A stretch of 53,334 nt of DNA, from the NCBI GenBank assembly GCA_036277455.1, contig DASUMX010000253.1:1-53334 (forward strand), given 5' to 3'. The number at the start of each line of letters is the position of its first letter. Position 1 is the stretch's first letter. The notes under the pieces are model-generated. The model was given only the letters and a program-made list of their open reading frames with translations, ran no database searches and was not told the origin of the DNA. The position numbers and the translations under genes are program-made. Shown one piece after another: positions 28,948 to 37,749 of the stretch. The DNA comes from Thermoleophilia bacterium (GTDB taxonomy: Bacteria > Actinomycetota > Thermoleophilia > UBA2241).

Positions 28948-30300
28948 TCAACCGTCGAGGGACTTGGCCGCGTGAGCACCGGCTGGCTCGAGCGGTCCCA
29001 TGTCCTTAGGGGCGCGCACGTCCCTCCAGGAGACCTGGAAGGCGCTGACGAGAAGAGCCACGGTCGCGCTCCCCCAGAGCACGGTGTCGATGCCGAAGGC
29101 GTCCGCGAGCGGCCCGGCCAGCGCAAGCCCCGCCGGGTAGAAGGCCAGCGAGCCGAAGTAGTCGTAGCTGGAGACGCGGGAGATCATGCCGGGGGCCACG
29201 ACGCGCTGCATGCACGTGGTCCAGAACGGGTCGTACAAGCCCCACTCGACCCCCATGACGGCGAGCGAGACGTACAGCGTCCAGACCGGCGCCTCCATGG
29301 CGAGGAGTGCGACCGGCACCGCGGCGAGGCTCATCCCGGCGGCGATCACCAGCATCGGGCGCCGCGGCCGCCAGCGGAGGCTGAGCAGGCCGCCGGCGAT
29401 CTGCCCGACGCCCATCGCCGCCGAGGTGAAGCCCCAGGTCCGGGCGCCGTCGTAGACGTCGCGGGCGACGATCGGGCCGAGCACCTGGATGGGACCCTCG
29501 ATGGCGAACAGGAACAGAGAGACCCCGGCGACCATCACCCACAGCCACGTGTGACTCGTGAATTCGCGCCAGCCGGCAGTCAGATCACGGAGAAAGCCGC
29601 GGCTGCCCGGTCCGGCGGCTGCGATCTCCCCTCCGGTCGCGCCCTCTTCACCGGACAGGGCGCGACCAGGCGCGGCGGCCGGGGCGGCCGCCTCCCGGCG
29701 ACCGCGGAATGCCGCCGGCCGCAGGCGCAAGAGGAACCAGGCGCTCGCGAGATACGTGAGTCCATCGATGCCGATGCCCCAGCCGGGCCCGACGGCGGCG
29801 ACGAGCAGGCCGGCGAACACGGCGCCGAGCGTGATCGACATGCTCATCACGAGTCCGCTGAGCGCGTTGGCCTGCTGCAGCCGTGCGGCACTGACCACCT
29901 GCGGCACGAGGCCGACGGCCGCCGGCCTGAAGAAGGCCTCAGAGATGCCCATGCCGACCTGGAGCAGCGCGAGATGCCACACCTCCGCCACCCCTGCGAC
30001 CAGCAACGCCGCGGTCGTGCACTGGAGACCGAAGCGCAGGAAGTCCGCGACCAGCATGACCTTCTGCCGAGGGAGCCGGTCGGCCCACACGCCGCCGATG
30101 AGGAGGAACACCGCCAGCGGTACGAGATTGGCTGCTTCGACGATGCCGATGTCGGTCGCCGAGCCGCCGATCTCGAGCACGGCGAAGGGGAGGGCCACGA
30201 TCGTGAACATGACGCCGACCACGGAGGTGGCCTGCCCGAGGAACAGCTTGCGGAACTCGGGCTCACGCAGGGCGGCGGCGTTGTCGGCGAGCCTGGTCAC
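28948..30300 (-). CDS. MFS transporter (EntS/efflux-like)
   Basis: 450 aa, about 12 TM. N-terminal FRKLFLGQATSVVGVMFTIVALPFAVL...GGVWADRLPRQKVM is typical of the MFS_3/EntS-like subfamily. Confidence 0.8.
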   Translation of the reverse strand: MTRLADNAAALREPEFRKLFLGQATSVVGVMFTIVALPFAVLEIGGSATDIGIVEAANLVPLAVFLLIGGVWADRLPRQKVMLVADFLRFGLQCTTAALLVAGVAEVWHLALLQVGMGISEAFFRPAAVGLVPQVVSAARLQQANALSGLVMSMSITLGAVFAGLLVAAVGPGWGIGIDGLTYLASAWFLLRLRPAAFRGRREAAAPAAAPGRALSGEEGATGGEIAAAGPGSRGFLRDLTAGWREFTSHTWLWVMVAGVSLFLFAIEGPIQVLGPIVARDVYDGARTWGFTSAAMGVGQIAGGLLSLRWRPRRPMLVIAAGMSLAAVPVALLAMEAPVWTLYVSLAVMGVEWGLYDPFWTTCMQRVVAPGMISRVSSYDYFGSLAFYPAGLALAGPLADAFGIDTVLWGSATVALLVSAFQVSWRDVRAPKDMGPLEPAGAHAAKSLDG

Positions 30301-30376
30301 CTGGGAATCCTACTCGCCGGGCCGGCCGGCGGCCCGTGCGGAGAGGCGGGCCGTGGGTGCGCCGGCGCGCCGCCGG

Positions 30377-32677
30377 CTACTCGATCCGCGGCAGCCAGGC
30401 CAGCCAGCTCGGCAGCCACCAGTTCCAGCGGCCGAGCAGGCGCATGGCCGCCGGCACCATCAGCACGCGGATGACGGTGGCGTCCAGCGCGACGGCGACG
30501 GCGAGGCCGACACCGATCGCCTTGGTCACGACGATCGACGTGAACGCGAACGACAGGCCCACCACCACGATGATGAGCGCCGCGCTGGTGACGATGCGGC
30601 CGGTCCGCGCGAGCCCGAAGCTCACCGCGCGGACGTTGTCGTGGGTCGCGTCCCACTCCTCGCGCATGCGCGAGAGCAGGAAGACCTCGTAGTCCATGGA
30701 GACGCCGAAGACCGTGCAGAACAGCACCACCGGCAGTTCGGCGTCGATCGCCCCCGTCGCCGTGAACTGGAAGAGTCCCTCCAGATTGCCCTCCTGGAAG
30801 ATCCAGACCATGGCCCCGTACCCCGCGAGCAGGGAGCAGACGTTCATGACGACGGCCTTCACAGGGAGGACGACGCTGCGCAGCATCAGGAAGAGGACGA
30901 GCCCTGTCACCCCGACGACGAAGGCGATGATCCAGGGAAACCGGCTGTAGATGGCGTCCACGAAGTCGTGGACCGTCAGCGAGGCGCCGGCGACGTACGT
31001 GGTCGTGCCCGGCGGGCCGCCGGCGTCGGAGATGTCCACGGCCAGCGCCTGGGCCTCCTCGGAGGTCGGCGGCGCCTCGGGCACGACGCGGAGCAGAGCC
31101 GTGCCCGGCGCCGTGGTCGCCGCGGCGAGTTTCCGGGCGCCCTTGACCTGCTCGGCGCCCAGCATGCCCTGGACGAGGCCCGGCAGGCCGGACGCCTCAG
31201 TCTGCAGCGCCCCGTCCTCGCGCGGCGAAGCGGCCGCGGCCGCTTCGACCCCCTGCCAGAACGCGGCGGCGCCGGCAGCTGACTCCATGCCCGGCAGCGT
31301 CACGATGCTGGTGACGCGATCGACACCGGGGAGTGCCTCCAGTTCCCGTCCAAAGGCGTGCAGACGCGCGAGGTTCGCGGGCGCGAAGGGGTCGTCTTCG
31401 CCCTCCCAGGTGACCAGCACCTCGATGGGCGAGAGCGCGGCCGCGTCGAAGCGCCGCAGCAGCAGGTCATAGCCCTTCCGCGCCTCGGAGTCGCGCGGCA
31501 GGGCCGTCGCCCCCGGGATGTCGGACTCGATGCGCAACACCGGCCAGGCGAAGACGACCACCAGCGCGATGGTCCCGATCAGCACGGGCACGGGATGCCG
31601 CATGACCCAGTCGCTCCAGCGGGTCCAGAACACCCCGCCGCCATTCTTGCGCCGGATCACGCGCAGCGCGTCCACCCGCGGCCCGAGCAGGCCGAGCAGT
31701 GCGGGCAGCAACGTCAGGGCGGCGAGGACGCTGACGAGCACGACGAGCGCGCCGCCCAGCCCCATCGAACGCAGCGACATGTACGGGATGATCATGAGGC
31801 CGAGCAGGCCGACGACGACGGTGAGGCCGCTGAAGAAGATGGAACGGCCTGCGGTGGCCACCGTGGTCTCCACCGCCTCGGCGACAGCGACGCCGGCGGC
31901 GAGCTCTTCCCGGAACCGGCCGACCATGAAGAGCGCGTAGTCGATGCCCACGGCGAGGCCGAGCAGCGTCGCGACGTTCAGAGCGAAGACGGAGATATCG
32001 AGGACCTGGGCGATGAGCCAGAAGAGGCCCAGGGTGACGGTCACGGCCATGCCGCCGCCGATGACCGGCAGGGCGGCGGCCACCAGCGTCCCGAAGATGA
32101 GCACGAGCACGAGGACCGCCACCGGGATCGTGTAGGTCTCGGCCTTGCGCAAGTCATCGGCGGACCGCTGCTCGAGTTCCGCGTAGACGGCCGGGTCGCC
32201 GGTCAGGAGGGTCGTCAGCTCCGTGGGCTCGAGCGCCAGGCGCAGCGCCGGGATCTGCGCCTGCACCTCCTCGCTGGTGCCGTCGAACTCCAGCACGGCG
32301 AACGTGGCCGTGCCGTCCCCGGAGAAGAAGCTCGCGTCGCCGGAGCTCCACGCCGTCCGGATGCCGGTCAAGCCGTCCAGCCCTGCCTCCTCGACGCCCG
32401 AGAGGCTCTCCTCCACCTGCGCCCGGAACGCCGGGCCGCGAGCGGACAGCGTGTCGCTGGCGAACACGATGGTGAGGCTCGCGGGTCCGAATCCGAGGCG
32501 CTCCTGCATCTGGCGCTGGCCCTGCTGGGAGGGTGACGAGGGGTCGGTGAAGCCGCCGCCCTTGAGCTGGGAGGCCACGCTGACGCTGGCGGTGAGGCCG
32601 GCGGCGAACGCCAGCGACCACAGCACGACGATCAACTTGCGGCGACGGTACACAGACCGCCCAAGCGCGGCGAACAC
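30377..32677 (-). CDS. MMPL-family (RND superfamily) membrane transporter
   Basis: 766 aa with duplicated 6-TM bundles and two extracytoplasmic loops. Typical MMPL start FAALGRSVYRRRKLIVVLW and C-terminal RLLGRWNWWLPSWL. Confidence 0.85.
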   Translation of the reverse strand: MFAALGRSVYRRRKLIVVLWSLAFAAGLTASVSVASQLKGGGFTDPSSPSQQGQRQMQERLGFGPASLTIVFASDTLSARGPAFRAQVEESLSGVEEAGLDGLTGIRTAWSSGDASFFSGDGTATFAVLEFDGTSEEVQAQIPALRLALEPTELTTLLTGDPAVYAELEQRSADDLRKAETYTIPVAVLVLVLIFGTLVAAALPVIGGGMAVTVTLGLFWLIAQVLDISVFALNVATLLGLAVGIDYALFMVGRFREELAAGVAVAEAVETTVATAGRSIFFSGLTVVVGLLGLMIIPYMSLRSMGLGGALVVLVSVLAALTLLPALLGLLGPRVDALRVIRRKNGGGVFWTRWSDWVMRHPVPVLIGTIALVVVFAWPVLRIESDIPGATALPRDSEARKGYDLLLRRFDAAALSPIEVLVTWEGEDDPFAPANLARLHAFGRELEALPGVDRVTSIVTLPGMESAAGAAAFWQGVEAAAAASPREDGALQTEASGLPGLVQGMLGAEQVKGARKLAAATTAPGTALLRVVPEAPPTSEEAQALAVDISDAGGPPGTTTYVAGASLTVHDFVDAIYSRFPWIIAFVVGVTGLVLFLMLRSVVLPVKAVVMNVCSLLAGYGAMVWIFQEGNLEGLFQFTATGAIDAELPVVLFCTVFGVSMDYEVFLLSRMREEWDATHDNVRAVSFGLARTGRIVTSAALIIVVVGLSFAFTSIVVTKAIGVGLAVAVALDATVIRVLMVPAAMRLLGRWNWWLPSWLAWLPRIE

Positions 32678-32760
32678 CTCCGACCCCTCCCCGAGATGAG
32701 CCGTTCGAACGATATACTACGTGGAAGCAAGGGGTCCGCCCCGATGGCGGGCCGATCAGC

Positions 32761-33198
32761 ATGCCTGGACCTGTCGAACGCACATCCGCCGGTGGCGTCG
32801 TCGTCCGCACGGACGACGGGGTCGAGGTGTGCCTCATCCGGCCTGTGGGACGCTCCGTCTGGGGACTCCCCAAAGGCGGCGTGGAAGAGGGCGAGACCCT
32901 CGCCGAGACCGCGCTGCGCGAGGTCGCGGAGGAGACGGGGCTGGCGGGCGTGGTCGAGCAGGAACTGGGCAGCATCGACTACTCCTTCTACTCGCGAGAG
33001 CAGGGCGGGCGCATCCACAAGACCGTGCACTACTTCCTGGTGCGCGCCACCGGCGGGGACACGTCGCAGCACGACCACGAGGTGAGCGACGCCAAGTGGG
33101 TGCGGCTGCGGCAGGCGCTGCGGCTCATGACCTATCCCAACGAGCGGGAGATGGTGCGGCGGGCGGCCGAGGCTTTGGGCCGCCCGGTCACCGACTGA
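32761..33198 (+). CDS. Nudix hydrolase
   Basis: 145 aa with the Nudix box GLPKGGVEEGETLAETALREVAEETGL. Confidence 0.85.
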   Translation: MPGPVERTSAGGVVVRTDDGVEVCLIRPVGRSVWGLPKGGVEEGETLAETALREVAEETGLAGVVEQELGSIDYSFYSREQGGRIHKTVHYFLVRATGGDTSQHDHEVSDAKWVRLRQALRLMTYPNEREMVRRAAEALGRPVTD

Positions 33199-33207
33199 CG
33201 CCGGCCG

Positions 33208-34137
33208 CTACGCCCAGACGATCGGCTGACGCGCCTCCCTCGCCTGCTCCACGCTGCGGCCGAGCACGGTGAGCATCTCCTGCGCGTTCACGTCCACGAA
33301 GTCGTAGTGGGCGAGCGCGAAGGTGAGCTCCGGCGTCGCACCGTGACGACCGCCGCAGGCGTCGAGCTCGCGGCGCAGACGCTCCGCCGCCCCCGCGAGC
33401 CCGCGGCGGCTGATGTCCGGCAGCACGAGCACCAGGTCACCGCCGTCCGTGAGACCGACGCTGTCGTAGCCACGCAGGTTCTCGCGCACGCAGGCGCCGA
33501 GGCGGCCGACCTCGGCGCGCGATGAGCTGCCGGTGGCGCGCCACTCTCCGTCGTCTCCCTCGACGGCGAGCTCGACCAGGCCCAGCGGCAGGTCCATCCG
33601 CTGGCAGCGCTCGACCTCGAGCGAGAGCCGCTCGCCGAACTCGGCGGGCTTCATCGCGCCGCTGTCCGCGTCGAGCGGCGACGCCTCCACGGCGTCGCGC
33701 CGGAGCCGGTCGATCGTGTCGGTGAGGCCCGCGGCATAGCCTGCCGCGACACGGGTGAGCGCCGCGTGCTCGAGTGCGAGCAGCCGCCGAACGGCGGCCT
33801 CGGCGCCGTCTCCGCCGCGCCGCAGCAGCCCCGCACGCACGACCTCGCCGCCACGGCTGTAGGCGTCGAGCAACTCTGCCATGGGCACCTTCTGGGTGAT
33901 GCCGGCGCCACGGCCGGCGGATTCGAGTGCGTCGAGGAAGGCGCTCTCGCTGCCGGCGATGGCCTCGGCCAGATGCGAGAAGGCAGGTTCCCAGAGATCC
34001 GCCGCCTCCTCGTCGAAGGGGAGGTCGGCCGCTGAGATATCGCGCGTGAGATCCACTCCGGCTCCGATGGCCGCTTCAGGAGCGTGACTCGCTGCGTCGC
34101 CTTCCAGGAGATTGTACCGTCGGCCAGAAAAGTACAC
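33208..34137 (-). CDS. Protein with degenerate GGDEF-like C-terminal domain; N-terminal region unknown
   Basis: The C-terminal half follows a GGDEF-domain pattern (LPLGLVELAVEG..., RGYDSVGLTDGGDLVLVLPD, RRGLAGAAERLRREL), but the GG(D/E)EF signature reads GGDLV. The start (GTG at 34137) is uncertain. Confidence 0.5.
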   Translation of the reverse strand: MYFSGRRYNLLEGDAASHAPEAAIGAGVDLTRDISAADLPFDEEAADLWEPAFSHLAEAIAGSESAFLDALESAGRGAGITQKVPMAELLDAYSRGGEVVRAGLLRRGGDGAEAAVRRLLALEHAALTRVAAGYAAGLTDTIDRLRRDAVEASPLDADSGAMKPAEFGERLSLEVERCQRMDLPLGLVELAVEGDDGEWRATGSSSRAEVGRLGACVRENLRGYDSVGLTDGGDLVLVLPDISRRGLAGAAERLRRELDACGGRHGATPELTFALAHYDFVDVNAQEMLTVLGRSVEQAREARQPIVWA

Positions 34138-34175
34138 ACTCGTTGGCAGGCCAACGAGGACGAAGGTGAGGACAC

Positions 34176-34982
34176 ATGGACGTCACTCTGCTCGGCACGT
34201 TGGGCTGGATGCCGCGCGGCGCGCGGGAGACCACCTGCTTCGCGGTCCGCGAGGGACCGGCGCTTCTCGTGTTCGACGCCGGGACCGGCCTCCGCCGCCT
34301 CCTCGACCCCGAGCACGCCGGTCTGCTCGAGGACGCCCGCGAGGTGCACCTCTTCCTCAGCCACTACCACCTCGACCACGTCTGCGGACTGGCCTACCTC
34401 TCCGGGGTGTTCGCCGGGCGGGACGTCGTTCTCCATCCGCCCGGCCGGGAGCTGACGGGCGTCGACCCGCTGGCCGCCGTGGCGGAGCTCGTGCGCCGGC
34501 CGTACAACCCCGTGGACCTGGCCGACATGAAAAGGGTCCGCGTGGAGCCCACCGCGCCCGGCGAGAACGACGTCGCCGATCACGTGGTGAGCGTGCGCGC
34601 CCAGCAGCACTCGGACACGAGCGTGTCGTTCCGCCTGGACGACGCCCTCGTCATCGCGACCGACACGCAGGTCGACCCGGCCGCCGTCCCGTTCGCCGAG
34701 GGCGCCGGCCTCTGGTTGCACGAGGCCTGGTACTGGTCCGGCGACCCGGGCCTCGCCGGCGTGCCCGGGGAGTTGCGCCCCGGATACTCGGCGCACAGCG
34801 AGGCGACGGCCGTCGCGGGCCTCGCGGCGCAGGCCGCCGTCGCCCGCCTGATCCTCGTGCACCTCAACCCGCTCGCGGGCGAGGCCTCCTACCTGCCCAT
34901 GAGGGACGCCGCCCGAGCGGTGTTCCCACGCACCGACGTCGTCGCCGACGGCACGGTCGCGACGACTGCGGCGTCCGTTTGA
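34176..34982 (+). CDS. MBL-fold metallo-hydrolase (RNase Z/ElaC-like small form)
   Basis: 268 aa with the motif SHYHLDHVCGL. ATG is preceded by GAAGGTGAGGA. Confidence 0.8.
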   Translation: MDVTLLGTLGWMPRGARETTCFAVREGPALLVFDAGTGLRRLLDPEHAGLLEDAREVHLFLSHYHLDHVCGLAYLSGVFAGRDVVLHPPGRELTGVDPLAAVAELVRRPYNPVDLADMKRVRVEPTAPGENDVADHVVSVRAQQHSDTSVSFRLDDALVIATDTQVDPAAVPFAEGAGLWLHEAWYWSGDPGLAGVPGELRPGYSAHSEATAVAGLAAQAAVARLILVHLNPLAGEASYLPMRDAARAVFPRTDVVADGTVATTAASV

Positions 34983-35025
34983 CACGCCGGGCCGCGCGCC
35001 GCGAGGATTCCTCCGTGGCCCCGGG

Positions 35026-35556
35026 ATGATCCGCTTCCGCGACAAGCGCTTTCTCGCCGTGGCGATCGTCGTCGCCGCGCTCCTCGTGTTCGCGCTGCCC
35101 GCGTTCCTCGCCTTCCGCTACTCGGCGCCGGAGCAGCGTGGGCAGTTCCTCTCGCGTCCGTGGCGCGGCTGGAGCTTCGCCTACGCGGCCCTCGCCGTTC
35201 CCGGGGGGGCCGAGCTCAAGACGTCCGGCATGGCGCTGCGCAAGGCCGACTGGATCTACAAGGGCACGGCCGTCGATCCGCGTGAGGTGCAACTCCTGTT
35301 CGTCAGCAGCAAGCGTCCCTATACCTTCGCGCACTCCATCGACGGGCGGACCGTCACGAGCACCGTCGTCCCCAGCTACCGCTTCATCTGGCAGGTCCAG
35401 GGGACGGTGGGCACCATCTCGGACAAGGCCGACACCGTCGTCGCGCTGCTGGACTACGACTCCGGGCGGCTGCTCTACGACGTCAGGGACGACCTGACGC
35501 CGGACGAGCTCGCGCCGCGACCGGCTGACGGCGCGTCTCCCAGTCCGGCGCCGTGA
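35026..35556 (+). CDS. Hypothetical membrane-anchored protein
   Basis: 176 aa with an N-terminal TM (FLAVAIVVAALLVFALPAFLAF) and a Pro-rich tail. Coding-like GC3. No family recognised. Confidence 0.4.
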   Translation: MIRFRDKRFLAVAIVVAALLVFALPAFLAFRYSAPEQRGQFLSRPWRGWSFAYAALAVPGGAELKTSGMALRKADWIYKGTAVDPREVQLLFVSSKRPYTFAHSIDGRTVTSTVVPSYRFIWQVQGTVGTISDKADTVVALLDYDSGRLLYDVRDDLTPDELAPRPADGASPSPAP

Positions 35557-35584
35557 GGCGCGAGACCACCGGCGGAGGGGACCG

Positions 35585-36400
35585 TTGATCATCGCCACCG
35601 CGTTCTACGAGACGAACTGGTTCAAGGCAGTCGTCTACGTCGTCATCGCGATCGTCGTGGCGCGCGTGGTCGACTTCGTCCTCGCGCGCCGCGACAGGGC
35701 CATGCTCAGGCTCCTCGGCAAGCAGCCTGACCACGCCGACCGCACCCGGTACATCATGATCCGGCGGCTGGTCTTCATCGGCATCCTGTTCATCGGGGTG
35801 GGCATCGCGCTCATCCAGATCCCGGCGGTCAGCACGCTCGCACGGGCCATGCTGGCCTCGGCGGCGATCATCGCCGGCGTGATCGGGATCGCCGCCCGGG
35901 CCCCCATCGCCAACCTCGTCAGCGGCATCATGATCGCCTTCTCCCAACCGGTGCGGCTGAACGATTACATCAGCGTCGACGGTGAGTTCGGCACGGTGGA
36001 GCAGATCTCGCTCATCTACACCTACATCCGCGCCGGCGACGGCCGCCGCGTCGTGATCCCCAATGAAGCCTTCGCGATGAAGGCGGTGCACAACTACTCC
36101 ATGGGCTCACCCGGCGGCATGGTCCACGTCGACCTCTCGCTGCCGCTCGACGCCGACGTGGAACGGATCGCCCAGGCGATGCTCGAGGTCGGCGAATCGC
36201 TGGCTCCCGCCCCCGTGGGAAAACAGGTCAGCGTCGAGGTCGCCGACATCTCGGGCGGCGGCGTCACGCTGCGGCTGCACGCGTGGGCCTCCGATCCGCT
36301 GCGGCGGCGCGAGATCGCCAGTGACCTGCGCGCCGCGCTGCTCCGCCGGCTCACCGGCGACGGCCTCCTCGGCGGGGAGGAGGCCGGTGGAGGCGACTGA
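35585..36400 (+). CDS. mscS: Small-conductance mechanosensitive channel (MscS family)
   Basis: 271 aa, TTG start preceded by GGAGGGGA. Pore helix and beta domain IIAGVIGIAARAPIANLVSGIMIAFSQPVRLNDYISVDGEFGTVEQISLIYT. Confidence 0.8.
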   Translation: MIIATAFYETNWFKAVVYVVIAIVVARVVDFVLARRDRAMLRLLGKQPDHADRTRYIMIRRLVFIGILFIGVGIALIQIPAVSTLARAMLASAAIIAGVIGIAARAPIANLVSGIMIAFSQPVRLNDYISVDGEFGTVEQISLIYTYIRAGDGRRVVIPNEAFAMKAVHNYSMGSPGGMVHVDLSLPLDADVERIAQAMLEVGESLAPAPVGKQVSVEVADISGGGVTLRLHAWASDPLRRREIASDLRAALLRRLTGDGLLGGEEAGGGD

Positions 36401-37733
36401 CGTGCAGGGGGGCTCCGAAGACGCGGCCGGCGGCGGGGAGGCCGCAGCCCCCACGGTCGAGGCCGTAGCGGCCGACGACGACGGATCAGCCGCGGGCGCC
36501 GAGCCCGACGCGTCCTTGCCCAGAGGCGGGCGTCCTCTCACCTGGGCGCTCGCCACCGCAATCGGCAGCCGCGTCCTGATCTTCGCCGTCGCCTTCGCCG
36601 CGGCCGCCCTCATCGGTATCGGCGGCCTGCCCGTCGGCTGGCGCTTCCCGCTCCGCGCCGAGGTCTTCTCCGGCTGGCTCGGCTCGCTCTTCAACCCCTG
36701 GGCCCACTGGGACGGCGTCTGGTACATCAAGATCGCCACGAGCGGCTACGCCGAGGCCGACGGCAGCACGGCGTTCTTCCCGCTCTTCCCGATGCTGCTG
36801 CGCTACGTCGGTGTCCTGCTCGACGGCAACCTGCTGATCACGGGCATCGTCATCTCGCTGCTGTGCTACGCCGGGTGCGTGTGGCTCCTCTACCGCCTTG
36901 TGCGACGGGACTTCGACGAGAAGATCGCCGCCCGCGCCGTGATCTACCTCGCCATCGGGCCGCTGTCGTTCTTTCTGCAGGCCGTCTACACGGAGTCCCT
37001 GTTCCTGCTCCTCTCGCTCGCCTGCTTCGTGTTCGCCCGCGAAGGCCGCTGGCGGCTCGCGGGCGTCATGGGCCTGCTCGCGACGCTCACCCGCAGCACC
37101 GGCGTGCTTCTCCTCATCCCGATGGCCTTCTACTACTACAAGCGGCGCGGCTGGGACTTCAGGAAGACCGACTCCCACGTGGCCAACCTGCTCATGGTCG
37201 TCGAGGGTCTCCTCGTCTGGATGACGTATCTCGCCCTCGCCTTCGGCAAGCCGCTCGCCTTCTCGTCCGCGCAGGCGCAATGGGAGCGCGGCCTCGGCGC
37301 TCCCAACTACACGGTGACACGGGCGGTGGTGGCCACGGTGTGGGGGTTGCGCAAAGTCGTCTCGGCCGAGTACTACCGCTGGCTCTGGGAGGCTCCGCGG
37401 CCCGGATCCGAGTACAGCAATCTGGCCACCAATGTCCTCAACCTGCTGTTCCTCGCCGCCGCCGCGCTGCTGCTGTGGTACGGGGCGCGGCGGCTGCCCG
37501 GTGCCTACTCCTGGTACGCGCTGGCGGCGCTGGCGTACCCGCTCTTCTTCCCCAGCAAGTACGTGCCGCTGATGTCGTATCCGCGCTTCACGCTCACCGT
37601 CTTCCCGCTGTACGTCGCCCTCGCGCTGTACACCAGCGACCGGCCGCGGGCGCACAAGGTGGTGGTGTCGCTGGGGGTCGTCCTCCTCATCGCGTTCACG
37701 GCGAAGTTCGCCCTCTTCAGCTGGGTGGCCTGA
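36387..37733 (+). CDS. Polytopic GT-C-type glycosyltransferase, PIG-V/mannosyltransferase-like
   Basis: NPWAHWDGVWYIKIATSGYAE...AFFPLFPMLLRY motif plus about 9 further TM segments. I prefer the GTG at 36387 (GGGGAGGAGG upstream, overlapping the mscS stop) to the track's start at 36321. Confidence 0.55.
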   Translation: MEATDVQGGSEDAAGGGEAAAPTVEAVAADDDGSAAGAEPDASLPRGGRPLTWALATAIGSRVLIFAVAFAAAALIGIGGLPVGWRFPLRAEVFSGWLGSLFNPWAHWDGVWYIKIATSGYAEADGSTAFFPLFPMLLRYVGVLLDGNLLITGIVISLLCYAGCVWLLYRLVRRDFDEKIAARAVIYLAIGPLSFFLQAVYTESLFLLLSLACFVFAREGRWRLAGVMGLLATLTRSTGVLLLIPMAFYYYKRRGWDFRKTDSHVANLLMVVEGLLVWMTYLALAFGKPLAFSSAQAQWERGLGAPNYTVTRAVVATVWGLRKVVSAEYYRWLWEAPRPGSEYSNLATNVLNLLFLAAAALLLWYGARRLPGAYSWYALAALAYPLFFPSKYVPLMSYPRFTLTVFPLYVALALYTSDRPRAHKVVVSLGVVLLIAFTAKFALFSWVA

Positions 37734-37749
37734 AGGACGGGCCAGACCC

